A DNA stretch of 64,000 nt from Alistipes sp. (GTDB taxonomy: Bacteria > Bacteroidota > Bacteroidia > Bacteroidales > Rikenellaceae): NCBI GenBank assembly GCA_045630065.1, contig JAZQSN010000079.1:7119-71118 (forward strand), read 5' to 3'. Shown here in pieces: positions 59,434-64,000 of this stretch. Every line of letters begins with the position of its first letter. Positions within the stretch are counted from its first letter, which is position 1. Made by a program: the position numbers and the translations under genes. The notes below the pieces were generated by a model. The model saw only the letters and a list, made by a program, of their open reading frames with translations, was not told the origin of the DNA and searched no databases.

Positions 59434-62133
59434 TTGGGTAAATTAAACGTTAAATATCTCTTTTCTGTAGCCGTTGTGTTGCTACTGGCGCAATTCGTTT
59501 TCGGATTTACGCCAATGCATCATATTGCCATATTGGATTCAAACTCGGCACAGCGTCAAGACACTCTTCGCGAGGACACTTTACGTCGCACTCTCGTAGA
59601 GAGCGACTCTACAACCAACGTTATCGACACCGTGGCACGCCGCAATGCTGTATCGGGTCTCGACCAAATGATTACGGGTCGTGCTACCGACTCGCTCTTC
59701 TACGACCTTAGGAACAATCGTGTCTACATCTACGAGCAGGGTGATGTGACCTACGACAATATGACCTTGAAGGCCGATTTTATGAACATCGACCTCAACA
59801 ACAAGAATATCTACGCCTACGGCAAGACCGACACCGTGGATGGAGCTCCTGTCACCACCCGTCCTCAGTTTACACAGGGCGAGACCTCGCTCAATATGGA
59901 TACCATCACCTACAACATCGAGACCCAGCGAGCCAAAATCAAGGGTATCGCCACACAGCAGGGCGATGGCTGGCTTATTGGTAAGGATGTTAAGCGTATG
60001 GCCGACAACTCGATTCACATCGCTAATGGTATGTACACCACTTGTGACCAGACCGACCATCCCCACTTCTACTACTATATGTCGAAGGCCAAGGTTATTC
60101 CTGGCGACAACGGCAAGGTAATTATGGGAGGCGGCCACCTGGTAATCGAGGATGTTGACATTCCCTTCCTAGGTCTACCCGAGGGTTTCTTCCCGCTCAG
60201 CAGCGGACCTAAATCGGGACTTCTGATGCCCTCATACGGTGAGGAGGCTCGACGCGGTTTCTATATGCGTGGATTGGGCTACTACTTCACCCTGAGTGAT
60301 TATATGGACCTTGCCCTCACGGGTGGATTCTACACACTCGGCTCGTGGGAGTTGCAGGCTGTCTCGCGCTACATCAAAAAGTACAAATACTCGGGTAACT
60401 TCAACCTCGACTACTCGAGCATTCGTTCGGGCGACAAGGGTGACCCCGATTTCGTAAATCAGAATAACTTCCGTCTGCAGTGGACCCACGCACAAGATGC
60501 CAAGGCTAACCCCGGTTCTACATTCTCGGCCTCGGTGAACCTTGCCACAAGCGGCTATAGCCGTTACTCAGCCACCACGCTTAATGATATGCTTGCTACG
60601 CAGACCAACTCATCAATCTCATACTCGAAGAACTGGGCAGGTACTCCCTTCTCACTTTCGATGAATATGGCCGTGTCGCAGAACTCGCAGACCGAGGCTA
60701 TCTCGGTTACCTTGCCCAACGTGTCATTCAACGTAGCAAAGTTCTTCCCCCTCAAGCGCAAAACCAAGGTGGGTAAGGACCGCTGGTATGAGAAGATTTC
60801 GATGAGCTATTCGGGTAAGCTTACCAACTCGGTGCAGAGCAAGGAGAGCGAGATCTTCACATCGCAGACCCTAGAGAATATGCGCCACGGCGTGCAGCAC
60901 AACATACCCATTCAAGCGTCGTTCACGTTGTTGAATCACATCAACATCACCCCCAATGCCAACTATACCGAGCGCTGGTACTTCAAGAAGGTAGACAGAC
61001 AGTGGAATCCCGAGACCAATCAGGTAGAAAACCTTGCTCCCGAGTATGGCTTCTATCGTCTTTACAACTACAACGCAGGTGTATCTATGTCGACTGTAAT
61101 TTATGGTCAGTGGCAGGTTAAGGAGAAATACAAAGACTCCAAGTTACAGGCCCTGCGTCACACCATCACCCCCACTGTTTCATTCGCTTATGCTCCCGAT
61201 TTCAGCAATCAGAAGTATGGCTACTATCAGACCGTGCAGAGCGACTCAACGGGACGTGTGACGGTATACTCACCATTTAGCGACAACGCCTACGGCGTGC
61301 CCACCTCGGGCCAGAGCGCAATGCTTAACTTCGGCCTCTCGCAAAGCCTTGAGGCTAAGGTGCTGAGCAAGCGCGACTCAACGGGAGTAAGAAAGATAAA
61401 GATTATCGACGATTTGAGCATCGGTGGTTCGTATAACTTCCTTGCCGACTCTATGCGCCTGTCGAACATCTCGATTTCGTTGCGTTCAACCATCTCGAAG
61501 AAGTTCGGCATCAACCTGCGAGCAACACTCGACCCCTATGAGGTTACACCCGAGGGCAAGCGCTACGACAAACTCACTTGGAGCCGAGGCAACTTGGGTC
61601 GCATTGTCAACACGGGATGGAGTTTCGGTTATACGTTCCAGTCGCGCGAGTCGTCACAGCCCGCCATCAACGACATCAACAGCATTCCGCCCGAGTATAC
61701 CAATCCATTCTACGACCCCTATGGCACGATGGATCCCACGCTGCGACGACAATATATGTCGCAGATGTATTACGACTTCTCGCTGCCGTGGAACTTTGGA
61801 TTTAACTACAACATCAACTATAGCCTGGCCTACGTCAACAACGGCACGACAGGATATAGGCGCAATGTCACACAGACACTCGGCTTCAATGGTAGTATAA
61901 CCTTCTCTCGCAAGATGTCGGCCACCATATCGGGAGGATACGATATTGCCAAGGGCAAGCTTACAACCTCGTCGATTAACATCACGCGCGATTTGCACTG
62001 CTGGCAGATGTCCTTCTCGTGGATTCCCTTCGGCCACTACAAGAGCTGGAGTTTCCACATAGGTGTAAAGGCCGCATCGCTGCAGGATTTGAAGTATGAC
62101 AAGAGTCAGTCGATGTACGACAATTACTACTAA
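59434..62133 (+). CDS. lptD: LPS assembly outer membrane protein LptD (Bacteroidota type)
   Basis: OstA-like N-domain, 'YTTCD', 'SGLLMPSYG', large beta-barrel and 'RDLHCW'. Start uncertain; TTG 59434 is preferred over 59383 because of its A-rich leader. Confidence 0.85.
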   Translation: MGKLNVKYLFSVAVVLLLAQFVFGFTPMHHIAILDSNSAQRQDTLREDTLRRTLVESDSTTNVIDTVARRNAVSGLDQMITGRATDSLFYDLRNNRVYIYEQGDVTYDNMTLKADFMNIDLNNKNIYAYGKTDTVDGAPVTTRPQFTQGETSLNMDTITYNIETQRAKIKGIATQQGDGWLIGKDVKRMADNSIHIANGMYTTCDQTDHPHFYYYMSKAKVIPGDNGKVIMGGGHLVIEDVDIPFLGLPEGFFPLSSGPKSGLLMPSYGEEARRGFYMRGLGYYFTLSDYMDLALTGGFYTLGSWELQAVSRYIKKYKYSGNFNLDYSSIRSGDKGDPDFVNQNNFRLQWTHAQDAKANPGSTFSASVNLATSGYSRYSATTLNDMLATQTNSSISYSKNWAGTPFSLSMNMAVSQNSQTEAISVTLPNVSFNVAKFFPLKRKTKVGKDRWYEKISMSYSGKLTNSVQSKESEIFTSQTLENMRHGVQHNIPIQASFTLLNHINITPNANYTERWYFKKVDRQWNPETNQVENLAPEYGFYRLYNYNAGVSMSTVIYGQWQVKEKYKDSKLQALRHTITPTVSFAYAPDFSNQKYGYYQTVQSDSTGRVTVYSPFSDNAYGVPTSGQSAMLNFGLSQSLEAKVLSKRDSTGVRKIKIIDDLSIGGSYNFLADSMRLSNISISLRSTISKKFGINLRATLDPYEVTPEGKRYDKLTWSRGNLGRIVNTGWSFGYTFQSRESSQPAINDINSIPPEYTNPFYDPYGTMDPTLRRQYMSQMYYDFSLPWNFGFNYNINYSLAYVNNGTTGYRRNVTQTLGFNGSITFSRKMSATISGGYDIAKGKLTTSSINITRDLHCWQMSFSWIPFGHYKSWSFHIGVKAASLQDLKYDKSQSMYDNYY

Positions 62134-62145
62134 AAAACAACCACT

Positions 62146-63036
62146 ATGAAACGATTATCTCTAATCATTGTCAGCCTGCTGATGCTGACACTTATGGCTA
62201 CGCCTGCTGCGGCACGCAAGTATGGCGAGACACTTCGTATATTGGCCATCGGCAACTCCTTCTCCGATGATGGTATGGAGCACCTGCCCGCAATACTCGC
62301 TGACCTTGGTGTTGAGAATGTCGAGCTGGCTCGCCTCTATGTGGGTGGTTGCACGCTCGAACGTCACTATAACTTCTACAATAACGAGGAGGCTGCCTAC
62401 ATATTCTACCACTCTGAGGCTGGTGAGAACAGATGGGTAAAGGCCGAGGAGAAGGTATCGATGCAGTATGCTCTGGCTATGGGCGAGTGGGATATCATCA
62501 CCCTGCAACAGGCTTCGGGTGTGTCGGGAATTTACGACAGCTATGTCCCCTACCTCGAACAACTGATTAATATCGTCAGCAAGGCTCAGCCCCAAGCCGA
62601 GTTGGTGTGGCATATGACGTGGTCGTACTCAACCGATAGCAACCACGGCGAGTTCCCCAACTACGACCGCGACCAGCTCAAGATGTATGATGCAATCACA
62701 GCCTGCGTTCATCGTCTAAAGAAGGACTACAAGGCAATTGATAAGATTATCCCCTCGGGCACAACCATCCAGTCGTTGCGTCAGTCTACGATAAACAATT
62801 CGCCCAAGGATTTCACTCGCGATGGCTATCATATGGATTTCGGAGCGGGCCGTTATGCATTGGCCTGCACTTGGTATGAGTCAATCGTAAAGCCCTACAC
62901 CAAGCGTTCGATGATGGGCAACGGTGTGCGCCTTGATTTGGGCGAGATAAAGGTTACCGACTACACAGCCCCCTACTGCCAGAAGGCAGCCAAGCAAGCT
63001 GTGAAACACCCCTTCAAGGTAGAAGCTGTAAAATAG
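62146..63036 (+). CDS. Secreted SGNH hydrolase-like protein (DUF4886)
   Basis: Signal peptide; 'ILAIGNSFS', 'WDIITLQQAS' and 'RDGYH'. Confidence 0.82.
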   Translation: MKRLSLIIVSLLMLTLMATPAAARKYGETLRILAIGNSFSDDGMEHLPAILADLGVENVELARLYVGGCTLERHYNFYNNEEAAYIFYHSEAGENRWVKAEEKVSMQYALAMGEWDIITLQQASGVSGIYDSYVPYLEQLINIVSKAQPQAELVWHMTWSYSTDSNHGEFPNYDRDQLKMYDAITACVHRLKKDYKAIDKIIPSGTTIQSLRQSTINNSPKDFTRDGYHMDFGAGRYALACTWYESIVKPYTKRSMMGNGVRLDLGEIKVTDYTAPYCQKAAKQAVKHPFKVEAVK

Positions 63037-63059
63037 ACACCTATATATAATAAAAAACG

Positions 63060-64000
63060 ATGGCAAGTTTTCTTCAGGTAGAGAATATAAGCAAGTCGTA
63101 TGGCGACAAGACACTCTTTAGCAATATCTCGTTCAACATCAACGAGGGCGACAAGATTGCACTCATTGCCCCCAATGGTACGGGCAAGAGTTCTCTGTTG
63201 AAGATATTGGCAGGACTTGATTCATCGGACCGCGGAGGTGAGATTAAGTTTATGCGCGACATAAAGGTCGCCTTCCTTGATCAGAACATCGACTTTAATC
63301 CCCAAAACACTCTCTTCGATGAGGTGTATTCACGTTTGGGCGAGACCTACAACGTCATTCGTCGCTACGAGCAGGCCATAGCTTCGGGTGATGAGCGCAA
63401 GATTGAGCAGGCGATAGCTGCAATGGATGCTGCCGACGGCTGGAGTGCCGAGCAACGCATCAAGCAGGTGCTCTCGGAGATGAAGCTCACACGCCTCGAC
63501 CAGCCTATGGGACAGCTATCGGGAGGCGAGGCCAAGCGAGCAGCCATAGCGCTTATGCTATTGCAGGAGGCCGATTTCTTGATTATGGACGAGCCCACTA
63601 ACCACCTCGACATCGATGTTATCGAGTATCTGGAGAACTATTTGCAGAAGGCCCGTTGCACCCTACTAATGGTTACGCACGACCGCTACTTCTTGGATAG
63701 AGTCTGCAACACTATCTATGAGTTGGACCGTGGCGAACTCTTTACCTATCGTGGCAATTATGCCGATTTCTTGGAGAAGCGCGAGGAGCGATATACAAAT
63801 ATGCAGGCCAACATCGACAAGGCCCGTAACCTCCTGCGTCGTGAGCTGGAGTGGATACGCGCCACACCTCAGGCACGCACGGGTAAGGCTCGCTACCGCA
63901 TAAACGCCTTCTACGACCTCAAGGACAAGGCTTCGGTTTCGCTTGCCCGCAAGGATATGACCATCGACGTAGCTACGTCGCGTCTGGGAGGCAAGATTAT
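63060..64000 (+). CDS. ABC-F family ATPase (Uup-like), runs off the window end (not in ORF track)
   Basis: MASFLQVENISKSYGDK..., Walker A 'APNGTGKS', 'LSGGE', 'MDEPTNHLD' and 'VTHDRYFLD'. Confidence 0.93.
   Translation, partial: MASFLQVENISKSYGDKTLFSNISFNINEGDKIALIAPNGTGKSSLLKILAGLDSSDRGGEIKFMRDIKVAFLDQNIDFNPQNTLFDEVYSRLGETYNVIRRYEQAIASGDERKIEQAIAAMDAADGWSAEQRIKQVLSEMKLTRLDQPMGQLSGGEAKRAAIALMLLQEADFLIMDEPTNHLDIDVIEYLENYLQKARCTLLMVTHDRYFLDRVCNTIYELDRGELFTYRGNYADFLEKREERYTNMQANIDKARNLLRRELEWIRATPQARTGKARYRINAFYDLKDKASVSLARKDMTIDVATSRLGGKI

Noticed and set aside
1-64000. CRISPR arrays, IS elements, rRNA and riboswitches
   Set aside because: I saw no regularly spaced repeats, transposase motifs or long structured intergenic regions by eye. 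A covariance-model scan would be needed to exclude small ncRNAs.

Overview
This 64-kb window is gene-dense chromosomal backbone from a Bacteroidota genome. TAnnTTTG promoters, A-rich translation starts without Shine-Dalgarno sites, porX-tsaE, the murF-like/alr fusion and the coaX-OMP-TPR-lptC-CBS-ppiD block all point to Bacteroidales. An Alistipes/Rikenellaceae-like origin is my inference. I see no integrase, transposase, prophage, CRISPR array or rRNA. Most genes are housekeeping: serS, prfB, cysS, mfd, rne/rng, HU, mutL, dnaJ, grpE, mutS2, lptC, lptD, an amidase and an ABC-F ATPase. Reading the sequence directly adds features the ORF track missed: a 55-aa 2[4Fe-4S] ferredoxin, a 29-aa bS22/AURKAIP1-type ribosomal protein, tRNA-Arg(TCT), the +1 frameshifted 5' end of prfB and the truncated ABC-F gene. 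The most unusual system is the operon at 1-5306, an energy-converting-hydrogenase-related (Ehr/Hyf-like) membrane complex. Its large subunit lacks the NiFe cysteines, as expected for Ehr. Its small subunit has also lost all four canonical cysteine ligands of the proximal (N2-type) [4Fe-4S] cluster, leaving at most one cluster in the visible genes. An amino acid:cation symporter follows directly and a ferredoxin lies nearby. Other oddities are a CysRS with Gly at a zinc-ligand Cys, a MutL with degenerate endonuclease motifs, a small accessory islet with a repeat-flanked palindromic element between cysS and prfB, a sigma54-type motif before grpE-dnaJ, and face-to-face promoters between the amidase and lptD. 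Family assignments come from recognising motifs by eye; no database search was run.
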